Below, piece after piece: positions 55,362 through 64,000 of a stretch of 64,000 bases of DNA (position 1 is its first letter; each line of letters starts with the position of its first letter). This stretch comes from a virus. A model generated the notes under the pieces. That model was given only the letters and a program-made list of their open reading frames with translations, had not been told where the DNA came from and made no database searches. The stretch is from IMG/VR virus record IMGVR_UViG_3300045988_134682, positions 33,707-97,706 of that record. One strand, 5' to 3'. A program made the translations under genes and the position numbers.

Positions 55362-57143
55362 ATGGATTATCAACTTAAAACGCCATTGCTCCCAATTAAA
55401 AATGAATATACAGTGGTAGAGCGGGTATTTGCAATAAGAGGAGTAGATCCAAAAGATATTCCTCATTATCTTAATACAACTAAAGAAGATATTTTAGACC
55501 CTGGTTTAATTATGAATATAGATGAAGGAGTAAGAATGTTGGCAAGACATATTAGCCAACAGGATAAGATTTATATTCAAGTAGATAGTGACTGCGATGG
55601 TTTTACATCTGCGGCATTCCTTATTAATTATTTAAACCGATTATTTCCAGGATATACTCAGACAAAAATTTCATATGGATTACATTCTGGTAAACAGCAC
55701 GGACTTTATGAAGAGTTTATTCCAGATTTTATAAATGAAGATTATAAACTAATTATTGCGCCAGATTCGTCAAGTAATAATTATGAAGTACATAAAAAAC
55801 TTAAAGAACTCGGAATTGATGTATTGGTTATTGACCACCATGAGGCTGAAAAAGTTTCAGAGGATGCATGTGTAATAAATAATCAATTATGTGATTATCC
55901 AACTAAATCTTTATCTGGTGTAGGTATGGTTTATAAATTTTGCTCTTATTTTGATTCAATTATGGGAACAGATTGGGCAAATTACTATCTTGATTTAGCA
56001 GCACTTGGAATAATTGCAGATATGATGGATATTAGAGATTTTGAAACAAAAGAAATTATTAATCTTGGTTTAGCGTCTGTTGAAAACCCGTTTTTTAAAG
56101 AAATGGTAAAAGTGCAAAACTATTCCATTAGTAGAGCAGGAGGATTATGTCCATTTGCAGTTAGTTTTTATATTGCGCCGCAAATAAATGGAACTATTCG
56201 TATGGGTTCTGCAAATGAGAAACTTATGCTTTTTGAATCTATGTTAGATTTTAAGGCTTATGACCAAATTCCTTCTACCAAAAGAGGATGTAAAGGTCAG
56301 TTTGAAACTCGTGTAGAGCAGGCTTGCCGCAATTGCACAAATATTAAACGAAATCAATCTAAAGCTATTGATGCAAGTCTTCAAACGATTGAAGGAATTA
56401 TAAAAGATAAATCTCTTGAAGAAAATAAAATTATTGCGGTTAAGCTTGCTGCTGGAGCAATAAATAAAAATTTAACTGGACTCATCGCAAACCAGTTAAT
56501 GGCTAAATATAATCATCCTTTTCTTATTCTTATGGAACATCCACAAGAAGATGGTAGTATTAGCTTAGAAGGCTCTGGTAGAAGTTATGAAACCTCTAAT
56601 TTTAATGATTTGAGAACATTTATTCGAGATAGCGGTTATGCCAGTATCGCAGAAGGTCATCCTAATGCATTTGGTGCAGCCATTCCAGAAGAAAAGTTCA
56701 ATGATTTTATTCAGTATTCAAATGAAGCTTTAAAAGAATGCTCATTTACTCCATGTCAGAAAGTTGATTTTATATGGGATGCAAATGACTTTAAAGCAAA
56801 TGATATTATTGATTTAGCTGAATTAAATACTATTTGGGGACAAGAGCTTGCGGAACCGATTGTTGTAATTAAAAATATCAAAGTAACTAAAGATAATTTA
56901 TCTTATATGGGAAAAGGTGGTAGATGCCCTTCATTTAAAATTACATTACCTAATGGAACAAGCTTAATTAAGTTTAGAATTACTGATGAAGAATTTGATT
57001 CATTACTTCCTACTAATGCTACTGGCAGTAAAAATATTACAGTTATAGGAACTTGTGCAATTAATGAATGGAATGGTCGTATAACTCCTCAGATTAAAGT
57101 TAATGATTATGAAATTACAGGAGAGACTAAATATTATTTTTAA
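55362..57143 (+). CDS. recJ: RecJ-like DHH/DHHA1 single-strand exonuclease
   Basis: Motif I VDSDCDGFTSAA, DHH VIDHHEA, DHHA1 GHPNAFGAAI. RBS aaaggagg before ATG 55362. Confidence 0.7.
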   Translation: MDYQLKTPLLPIKNEYTVVERVFAIRGVDPKDIPHYLNTTKEDILDPGLIMNIDEGVRMLARHISQQDKIYIQVDSDCDGFTSAAFLINYLNRLFPGYTQTKISYGLHSGKQHGLYEEFIPDFINEDYKLIIAPDSSSNNYEVHKKLKELGIDVLVIDHHEAEKVSEDACVINNQLCDYPTKSLSGVGMVYKFCSYFDSIMGTDWANYYLDLAALGIIADMMDIRDFETKEIINLGLASVENPFFKEMVKVQNYSISRAGGLCPFAVSFYIAPQINGTIRMGSANEKLMLFESMLDFKAYDQIPSTKRGCKGQFETRVEQACRNCTNIKRNQSKAIDASLQTIEGIIKDKSLEENKIIAVKLAAGAINKNLTGLIANQLMAKYNHPFLILMEHPQEDGSISLEGSGRSYETSNFNDLRTFIRDSGYASIAEGHPNAFGAAIPEEKFNDFIQYSNEALKECSFTPCQKVDFIWDANDFKANDIIDLAELNTIWGQELAEPIVVIKNIKVTKDNLSYMGKGGRCPSFKITLPNGTSLIKFRITDEEFDSLLPTNATGSKNITVIGTCAINEWNGRITPQIKVNDYEITGETKYYF

Positions 57144-57150
57144 AATTATA

Positions 57151-57178
57151 TGGCGTATATAATGTACGCCATATTTTT
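57151..57178 (+). terminator. rho-independent terminator
   Basis: ggcgtatata/tgtacgcca stem followed by T5. Confidence 0.65.
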
Positions 57179-57284
57179 GTACCCATATGCGAGAATAGCA
57201 GGTCTTCCGACGGTGATGGGTCCTAACAACCGTAATCCAAAACAAAAAGTGGTCTTAGAAATTTTTTACCAAAAATGCCTTATA

Positions 57285-57313
57285 TTGATTTTTTACTTAA
57301 AAAATGGTATAAT
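57285..57313 (+). promoter_or_regulatory. conserved-family promoter
   Basis: ttgatt 57285-57290, 17-nt spacer, TGgTATAAT 57305-57313. Confidence 0.5.
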
Positions 57314-57345
57314 ATTTATATAATAAAAAAGGGATGGTATGTATT

Positions 57346-57642
57346 ATGACAAGAGAAGCTGAAGAATTAAAAAATAAATTAGACGTAACAGTAATTAATA
57401 GAGACCAGTTAAATAAAATTTTACTTGAAAGACTTAATTTTGCTTTTGATAGTTTATATTTTCGATATGCTATGGCTATCAAAGAGCTTAGTGAATATAA
57501 AGAAAGAGAAGCATTAAAAGAAGGTAGACATTTTTCCCGTAAAAATTGGGAAGAGAGTCAGTGTATGCATTTTTATAAAGTATTAGAGGAGATATTAGAA
57601 GCCCATGCAGAAGACCACCCACTTCGATCAAACAAGGAATGA
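57346..57642 (+). CDS. hypothetical protein
   Basis: ATG 57346 (alternative start at 57334). Confidence 0.4.
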   Translation: MTREAEELKNKLDVTVINRDQLNKILLERLNFAFDSLYFRYAMAIKELSEYKEREALKEGRHFSRKNWEESQCMHFYKVLEEILEAHAEDHPLRSNKE

Positions 57643-57691
57643 TTCAATTAGAGCTTTTAAATTAACTAAAAGTGATATATTTTCAATTTCC

Positions 57692-57868
57692 ATGAAAACA
57701 TATATGAAAAATCCATATTTATGGAATGGAAATTTTAAGATAATGGGATTTAAAAAAGAGAGAGTATATTTATATTGGCGTTATCATAGAATTCCAACGC
57801 CATTTAGACAGCAAATGATCAGATTAATGTATATGAAAGAGAGTAATGAAATAAATGGAATTAACTAA
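57692..57868 (+). CDS. small hypothetical protein
   Basis: Internal ATG of ORF-track 57605..57868, chosen to avoid overlap with the upstream CDS. Confidence 0.3.
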   Translation: MKTYMKNPYLWNGNFKIMGFKKERVYLYWRYHRIPTPFRQQMIRLMYMKESNEINGIN

Positions 57869-59036
57869 AAAACAAGAAGAAGGGCTGAAAATTGCAGTTG
57901 AAAGATTCCACAATAATGAGAAATATACCGTAATAGCTGGGTACGCAGGTACTGGTAAGTCCACACTCGTGAAGTTCATCATCGAGGCCCTTGATGTCGA
58001 ACCAAGCAAAGTCGCATATGCCGCTTTTACTGGCAAGGCTGCTGAAGTTCTTCGTAAAAAGGGAAATAAAAATGCTTGCACTTTACATAAATTACTTTAT
58101 GAGCATATCCCAAGACCAGGCGGAGGTTTTTTCAGAAAACCAAAAACCACTATTGAATATAGTATTATTGTAGTTGATGAGATTTCAATGGTTCCAGTAG
58201 ACATGATGCAACAGCTTTTTAAGCATAAAGTGTATGTTATTTGTTTAGGTGACCCATTTCAGATTCCTCCAATAGAGAAGGATAAAGATAATCATTTACT
58301 TGAGCATCCTCATATTTTTTTGGATGAAATTATGCGGCAGGCCGCAGATTCTGAAATTATTAGACTTAGCATTGATATTCGAGAGATGAAACCCTTAGAA
58401 TTATTTAGAGGGGAGAACGTTCAGGTAATTGACCAAAAAGATTATGAGGCTGGTATGGTTCTTTGGGCTGACCAGATTATTTGTGGAACCAATGCCGCAG
58501 TCGAAGAAATTAATACTTATGCAAGAAATCTGTTAGGAAGAGGCCCATTTCCAGAAGATGGAGATAAGATTCTTTGTAGACAAAATTATTGGGATGACAT
58601 TAGCGATAATCACAATGCTTTAGTTAATGGAACTATTGGTTATCTTAAAAACCCTAAAAATAAATTTGTTTATTTCCCATATTGGATTAGAGCTTCAGTC
58701 CCATCGGTACAGGCAATTCAGTGTGATATAGAAACTGAATCAGGGGATTTATATAAAGATTTATACTTAGACAAAACTATGCTCACTCATGGAACAAGAT
58801 GTCTTGATGATAGAGATATATATAAGATAGGTAAATATCGTGAAAGAGTTGGAGATTTAGTTCCAAAATGTTTTACTTATGGATATGGTATTACTGGACA
58901 CAAATCTCAAGGTTCTGAATGGGATAAAGTTTTAGTTCTTGAAGAAGCTTATCCAAGAGTAAGATTAGAGCATGCAAGATGGCTTTATACTGCGATAACC
59001 AGAGCATCTGAAAAAGTAATTGTAAGGAGAAAATAA
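57855..59036 (+). CDS. dda: SF1B Dda/RecD-like DNA helicase
   Basis: Walker A GYAGTGKST, Walker B VVDEISMV, C-terminal UvrD-like motifs (GYGITGHKSQGSEWDKV). Confidence 0.75.
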   Translation: MELTKKQEEGLKIAVERFHNNEKYTVIAGYAGTGKSTLVKFIIEALDVEPSKVAYAAFTGKAAEVLRKKGNKNACTLHKLLYEHIPRPGGGFFRKPKTTIEYSIIVVDEISMVPVDMMQQLFKHKVYVICLGDPFQIPPIEKDKDNHLLEHPHIFLDEIMRQAADSEIIRLSIDIREMKPLELFRGENVQVIDQKDYEAGMVLWADQIICGTNAAVEEINTYARNLLGRGPFPEDGDKILCRQNYWDDISDNHNALVNGTIGYLKNPKNKFVYFPYWIRASVPSVQAIQCDIETESGDLYKDLYLDKTMLTHGTRCLDDRDIYKIGKYRERVGDLVPKCFTYGYGITGHKSQGSEWDKVLVLEEAYPRVRLEHARWLYTAITRASEKVIVRRK

Positions 59037-59037
59037 T

Positions 59038-59679
59038 ATGAATGTAGTTACAATAGATTTTGATATTATTATGGAACCAAGTATTAGTTTTTATAATAAT
59101 ATGGTGGATATTGAAGACCCAATGAAAGATTATGTAGATAAATTTTCATTTCTTACAAATATCCCCGCCAATTTATATATTTATGATTATCTAACTCGCT
59201 ATATTGTACGTGCGGCAAAGCAAAATCAAGAAATTTATTTTGTGAATAGCCATGATAAAGTGATTGATATTCTTAAAACGATTCCTCATGATGAACAGAT
59301 TGACTTATATAATATTGACCATCATCATGACTTAGGATATGACATGGAGTCTGCTGATTGGATGCGCCCAATGTTTAAATATGATTTAAGTAATTGGGTT
59401 AAGTATGCAAGAGATAAGAAGTTGGTTGATACTTTTTATTGGGTTCATAATGAAAATTCTGACCCTTATCCAAACGAGGCCGCAAGATATGTTACAGAAG
59501 ATTATGTCTTAAAAGATTTTAATTTAGAAGATGACAAATACGCTCCAGATGTTTTAATTATTTGTTCTTCTTTTGAATGGATTCCGCCAGTTTATCAACC
59601 ATTATTTTATTCATGGAATACCATCTGTAGCGAAATCACAGGAAAAGAATATCCTTTTGACAGTATTGAAAAAATATGA
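59038..59679 (+). CDS. hypothetical protein
   Basis: Coupled ORF. Confidence 0.45.
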   Translation: MNVVTIDFDIIMEPSISFYNNMVDIEDPMKDYVDKFSFLTNIPANLYIYDYLTRYIVRAAKQNQEIYFVNSHDKVIDILKTIPHDEQIDLYNIDHHHDLGYDMESADWMRPMFKYDLSNWVKYARDKKLVDTFYWVHNENSDPYPNEAARYVTEDYVLKDFNLEDDKYAPDVLIICSSFEWIPPVYQPLFYSWNTICSEITGKEYPFDSIEKI

Positions 59680-59685
59680 TATAAT
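59657..59685 (+). promoter_or_regulatory. sigma-70-like promoter
   Basis: ttgaca 59657-59662, 17-nt spacer, TGaTATAAT 59677-59685. Confidence 0.45.
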
Positions 59686-59727
59686 ATTTATATAATTGAG
59701 AATAGTATAGATAGAGGAAAATAATAA

Positions 59728-61890
59728 ATGAGCAAAAAGTGGTTTAATTGTCATAACCATACAGAGTATTCAAACTTACGTCTTTTGGATTCAACCAATC
59801 ACCCAAAAGATTTAATCAATAAAGCAATCGAATTAGGACTTAGTGGTATCTGTATAACTGACCATGAAGCCCTTTGTGCGCACGTTGAAATAAATAAAAT
59901 TGCAACAGAATTAAGAGAAACAAATCCTGATTTTGTGATTGGGTTAGGAAATGAGATTTATTTAACTGATACAAGAAATCATGGTCAGAAATATTATCAC
60001 TTCATTTTGATTGCTAAAGATGCAATCGGTCATAAAGCGTTAAGAGAGTTAAGTTCTACAGCTTGGTATTATTCATATATGGATAGAGGTATGGAAAGAG
60101 TTCCAACCTTAAAAGATGAATTAACTGAGATTGTAAAACATTATAAAGGTCATTTAATTGCAACAAGTGCATGTATTGGTGGAGAATTATCTTCATGGTC
60201 TTTATTATATGCAGAAGCATTAAAGGTAAATGACCAAAAGATGGCAATGGAATTTCAGAAAAAGATTCAAGATTTTATGGATTTTGTTTTGGATTTATTT
60301 GGAGATGATTTTTATATTGAATGCGCTCCATCTAATAAAGAAGATCAAATGACTGTAAATTCTCAGTTATTTAAAATCGCAACTGCATATAATGTTAAAA
60401 TGGTTGTTGGAACTGACTCTCATTATTTAACAAAAGAAGATAGAATGGTTCATAAAGCATATCTTAATTCAAAGGGTGGAGAGCGTGAAGTTGATGACTT
60501 TTATGAATTTGCAAGACTTATGGATAGTGATGAAGTAGAAGAATTATTATCTCCATGTTTTCCAGAAGGATATGTAGATGTAATTTTTGAGAACACTTTA
60601 GATTTACAGAATAAAATTGAATATTATAGTCTTTTTCATAAACAAGATATTCCATATGTAGAAGTTAAAGATTATCCAAAAGTAAGAGGATTTAAACAGT
60701 ATCCACATTTATCTGCGATGTTAATGGATGATGATATTCAGAATCGTTATTGGGTAAATGAGTGTTTAAATCAGCTTGAAAAGCTTGAGAAAATCAATGA
60801 TAAACGTTATCTTGATGAGCTTGAAGAAGAAGCACGAGTTAAAAGTATTATTAGTGAAAAACTTGAAACAAATATGTTTCGTTATCCAAATACACTTCAG
60901 CATTATATTGATATGATTTGGGATTGTGGTTCAATGGTAGGCGCTGGTCGTGGTTCCAGTTGTGCAGCACTTAATCATTACCTTATGGGAATTACTCAGT
61001 TGGATCCTATCGAGTGGGATTTACCTTTCTTCCGTTACCTCAACGAAGAGAGAATTGAGCTTGGCGATATTGATATCGACATATGCCCGTCTAAACGTCC
61101 AGAGATTCTTCGTAAAATTAAAGAAGAGCGTGGAAAAATGTTCTATGATAATATCATGGAATGGGCGAAGAAAAATCTTGGATGTACTCTTGTAGCAACA
61201 TTTGGTACAGAAGGAACTAAATCTGCAATTCAGACAGCTTGTAGAGGTTATAGAAGTGAGGATTATCCAGAAGGAATTGATGTTGATGAAGCTCAGTATA
61301 TGAGTTCGTTAATTCCAGAAGAGAGAGGATTTTTATGGACAATTAAAGAAGTTGTTTATGGAAATCCAGAAAAAGGTCGCAAGCCTGTTAAGGCATTTGT
61401 CAATGAAGTAAATAAATATCCAGGTTTATTAGATATTATTGTAGCTATTGAAGGTCTTGTAAACCATAGAGGTTCTCATGCATCTGGTGTAATTTTATTT
61501 GGAGATGACCCATTTGAGCATAGTGCTTTTATGAAAACTCCAAAAGGTGAGATTACTACTCAGTTTGACTTACATGATGCAGAGTATATGGGATTAACAA
61601 AATATGATTTTCTTGTAACTGAGGTTCAGGATAAGTTGGTTCAAACTATTCAATTACTCCAAGAGGATAATGAAATTGAGCCAGAATTAAGTTTGCGGGA
61701 AGTCTATGACAAATATTTTCATCCTAATGTTTTACCTTTAAATGATCCGAAGATTTGGGATGCATTAGGTAAAGTATCTGTTATTAATACTTTTCAGTTC
61801 GATTCTCAGGTTGGCGCGCAGGTTGCAAAGAAATTAAAACCTCAGAATGTATTGGAAATGGCGGATGCGAATGGGTCGACAATTGGCCCT
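59728..61890 (+). CDS. dnaE: DNA polymerase III alpha (DnaE-type) exon 1: PHP domain and polymerase core through the RPGP-equivalent region
   Basis: PHP CHNHTEYSNLRLLDS...ICITDHEAL. FQFDSQVGAQVAKKLKPQ region aligns with DnaE GVFQLESRGM...LQP. The ORF-track stop at 61906-61908 lies 18 nt into the proposed intron. The exon end at 61890 is modelled, not certain. Confidence 0.7.
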
Positions 61891-62943
61891 TACACACTTT
61901 ACCTCTAATCAGAGGGGTCGCGGTTTTCCAGTTTTTGGAATATTATTGGTAATAATTACCAAACCGCAGGCTAACGGGGAAGTCTAACCGCGTAATGGCG
62001 AAGATAATCCCGTGGGAAATTAATGTATAAAATTTTGGACAATGGCAGTTAATTCATCGGCTATCTCATTTATATAATTATGAAAAGGAGGTAGTAATAT
62101 GATACATTATATTTACTGCTATACGAATAGAGAAAATAATAAACAATATATCGGACAGACTAATAATATAGAAAGAAGAAAAAAACAACACTTACAAGAT
62201 AGTATTCATTGTCATCAAGGGCATGAAACATCTTATAATTCACCTTTTCATTCCGCAATTAGAAAATATGGAATTGATAATTTTAATTTTGAAATTTTAG
62301 AAATTATCGAAACGGACAACTGGGATGAAGTAAATGAATTAGAAACTAAATATATTAAAGAAAAAAATAGTTTATCTCCAAATGGATATAATTTAAAGGC
62401 GCAAGGAGAGGCAAATAGAGGGTTAAATATTAGTAAGCTTCCCATTGAGCAAATTTTATCTATTATTAGTGACTTAAAAAATGGTGTTAAAATAAAAACT
62501 ATTGCTGAAAAAAATAATTTATCTCGTTCTTATATTTCAGATATAAATAATGGTAGATGCTGTAAAATAGAAGAAGTTAGTTATCCTATTCAACAAAATA
62601 GAATTACAGAAGATGAATATTTAGATATAATTGATATGATAAAAAATACTAATTATTCATTGCGTAAAATTGCTGAATATTTTAATAGAAATAGAGATAC
62701 AATAGAAAAAATTAATAAAGGTAATCAAGCAATAGTTCGAGCTTTATATGATGAAGATTTTCCGATTAGAAAAAATGCCAGAAAAGGATATACATTAAAA
62801 CCTGTAGAGACTATCCCGGGTTAGACCGGGAGTAGGACTTCTATTGATACGAAGTTCGAAATGGTGTGCTCGTAAGAGTAAAAGATAGTCCAGACCACAA
62901 ACGGCTCACCCAGCCGGCAAGAAATTGTAGATGGTAGGTAATG
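61891..62943 (+). mobile_element. group I intron (T4 td-like core) carrying a GIY-YIG homing endonuclease ORF
   Basis: A 190-nt structured 5' part and a 119-nt 3' part flank the ORF. Candidate P1 pairs ggccct (61885-61890) with ggggtc (61914-61919), with a U:G at the splice site. gataatcccgtgggaaattaatgta resembles the td-intron core (gacaatcccgtgctaaattgta). The intron ends ...ggtaatG. The downstream exon frame opens right after. Confidence 0.5.
62099..62824 (+). CDS. GIY-YIG homing endonuclease (intron-encoded)
   Basis: N-terminus IYCYTNRENNKQYIGQTNNIERRKKQH (GIY...YIG...R...E/N). C-terminal helix-turn-helix-like DNA-binding region. Own RBS aaaggagg. Confidence 0.75.
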   Translation: MIHYIYCYTNRENNKQYIGQTNNIERRKKQHLQDSIHCHQGHETSYNSPFHSAIRKYGIDNFNFEILEIIETDNWDEVNELETKYIKEKNSLSPNGYNLKAQGEANRGLNISKLPIEQILSIISDLKNGVKIKTIAEKNNLSRSYISDINNGRCCKIEEVSYPIQQNRITEDEYLDIIDMIKNTNYSLRKIAEYFNRNRDTIEKINKGNQAIVRALYDEDFPIRKNARKGYTLKPVETIPG

Positions 62944-64000
62944 AGACTTATGGGCGAAGATGGAGAAGAACGCCCGATGGATAAATATTATCGTTTTAAA
63001 CAAAACATTCAGTTATGGTATGATGAAATGACAAAATTTGGTCTTACCGAAGAAGAGCAGAAAACTCTTGAGCCTTACTTTAAGAGTTCTTATGGAGTTC
63101 CGCCTTCACAGGAACAGTTAATGAGAATGTTGATGGACGATAAGATTTGTCATTTCACTCTTGGAGAAGCAAATGCGGCTCGTAAGATTGTTGGTAAAAA
63201 ACAAATGAATAAAATTCCAGCCTTACATGAAAAAGTATTGGCACAAGCGGCAAGTGAAAAACTTGGTCAGTATGTATGGAAATGTGGAGTTGGTCCGCAG
63301 ATGGGTTATTCATTTAGTGTTATTCATGCACTTGCTTATAGTTTTATTGGTGTTCAAACGTTATATATTGCAACAAATTGGAATCCTATTTATTGGGATT
63401 GTGCATGTTTAATTGTAAATAGTGGTTCACTTGAAGATAATAATGAGTTAGAGATTGATGAGGATGATGAATCTGAATCTATCTCTGTAAAGAAAACAGC
63501 TTCAACTGATTATGGAAAAATTGCAAAAGCGATGGGTGAAATTATATCTGCGGGAATTAAAATGAGCCTTGTTGATATAAATAACTCAGATTATGGATTT
63601 AAACCTGATGCTAAAAATAATCAAATTCTTTATGGAATGAAAGGTTTATTGAATGTCAGTGATGCAGTAATTGATGATATTATCAAAAATAGACTTTATA
63701 TTTCACCTAAAGACTTTTTATTAAAAGTACATCCAAATAAACAAGCAATGATTTCACTTATTAAAGGTGGAGCATTTGATACAATGATTGACCGCAAGAT
63801 TTGTATGGGTTGGTATATTTGGGAGACTTGTGATAAGAAGAAACGAATTACATTACAAAATATGGGAGGTTTGATTAAATATAATCTTCTTCCAGAAAAA
63901 AATGAACAGCAAATTATGGCGAGAAGAGTTTATGAATTTAATCGTTATTTAAAATCTGTTTGTAAAATTAAGGGTGATACAACTAATTATCATATAGATG
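62944..64000 (+). CDS. dnaE: DNA polymerase III alpha exon 2 (partial; continues beyond window)
   Basis: Frame open from 62938 to the window end. YGVPPSQEQLMRMLMDDKICHFTLGEANAARKIVGKK aligns with DnaE YGIILYQEQVMQIAQ...LGGADMLRRAMGKK. GYSFSVIHALAYSFIGVQTLYIATNWNPIYW aligns with [28 protein letters not shown]. Confidence 0.65.

Overview
This window is a 64-kb stretch of an AT-rich (roughly 30% GC) genome of a large tailed phage. Its host is probably a low-GC Firmicute such as a Clostridium, judging from choline-type cell-wall-binding repeats, SH3b domains and sigma-70-like TTGATT/TATAAT promoters. Every credible gene is on the + strand.

- **Early region, 1-6 kb:** an AAA+ ATPase, four tRNA genes (Leu-TAA, Gly-TCC, Lys-TTT, Cys-GCA), a vWA-domain protein, and a DUF559/Vsr-like homing-endonuclease cassette. 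The cassette sits at the 3' end of the vWA gene and has left a duplicated 87-nt copy of that gene's 3' end downstream.
- **Tail-fibre and glycosylation module, 6-14 kb:** a collagen-like fibre, an LRR plus cell-wall-binding-repeat protein, and small proteins that share an N-terminus. Embedded among them are a GT2-Stealth fusion protein and a Gmd-like dehydratase fused to a cupin domain.
- **Accessory island, 14-31 kb:** a PARG-like macrodomain, a Thg1-like 3'-5' polymerase, an HD phosphohydrolase, a nucleotidyltransferase, three metallophosphatases, a DnaQ-like exonuclease, an Rnl-type RNA ligase and a GatB/YqeY protein. It also holds a divergent PurA homologue and a polynucleotide-kinase-like P-loop kinase next to a phosphoesterase. 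Together with the tRNA genes this looks like a tRNA/RNA repair and anti-defence toolkit.
- **31-37 kb:** a flotillin/SPFH protein, a PIN-PhoH ATPase, and an endolysin with SH3b domains followed by a holin-like protein.
- **Replication module, 37.7-64 kb:** GyrB-like and GyrA-like topoisomerase II subunits, RNase H, NAD-dependent ligase, a Sak4-like ATPase, DnaB-like helicase, DnaG-like primase, RecJ-like exonuclease, Dda-like helicase, and a ThyX-fold protein lacking the RHR motif. The DnaE-type Pol III alpha gene is interrupted by a group I intron that carries a GIY-YIG homing endonuclease.

A conserved promoter cassette (TTGATTTTTTATTAAAAA...TATAATATATATAGAAARTTAAGGAAAGG) recurs about 20 times. 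There is no CRISPR array or integrase in the window. Domain calls come from motifs recognised by eye; no database searches were run.
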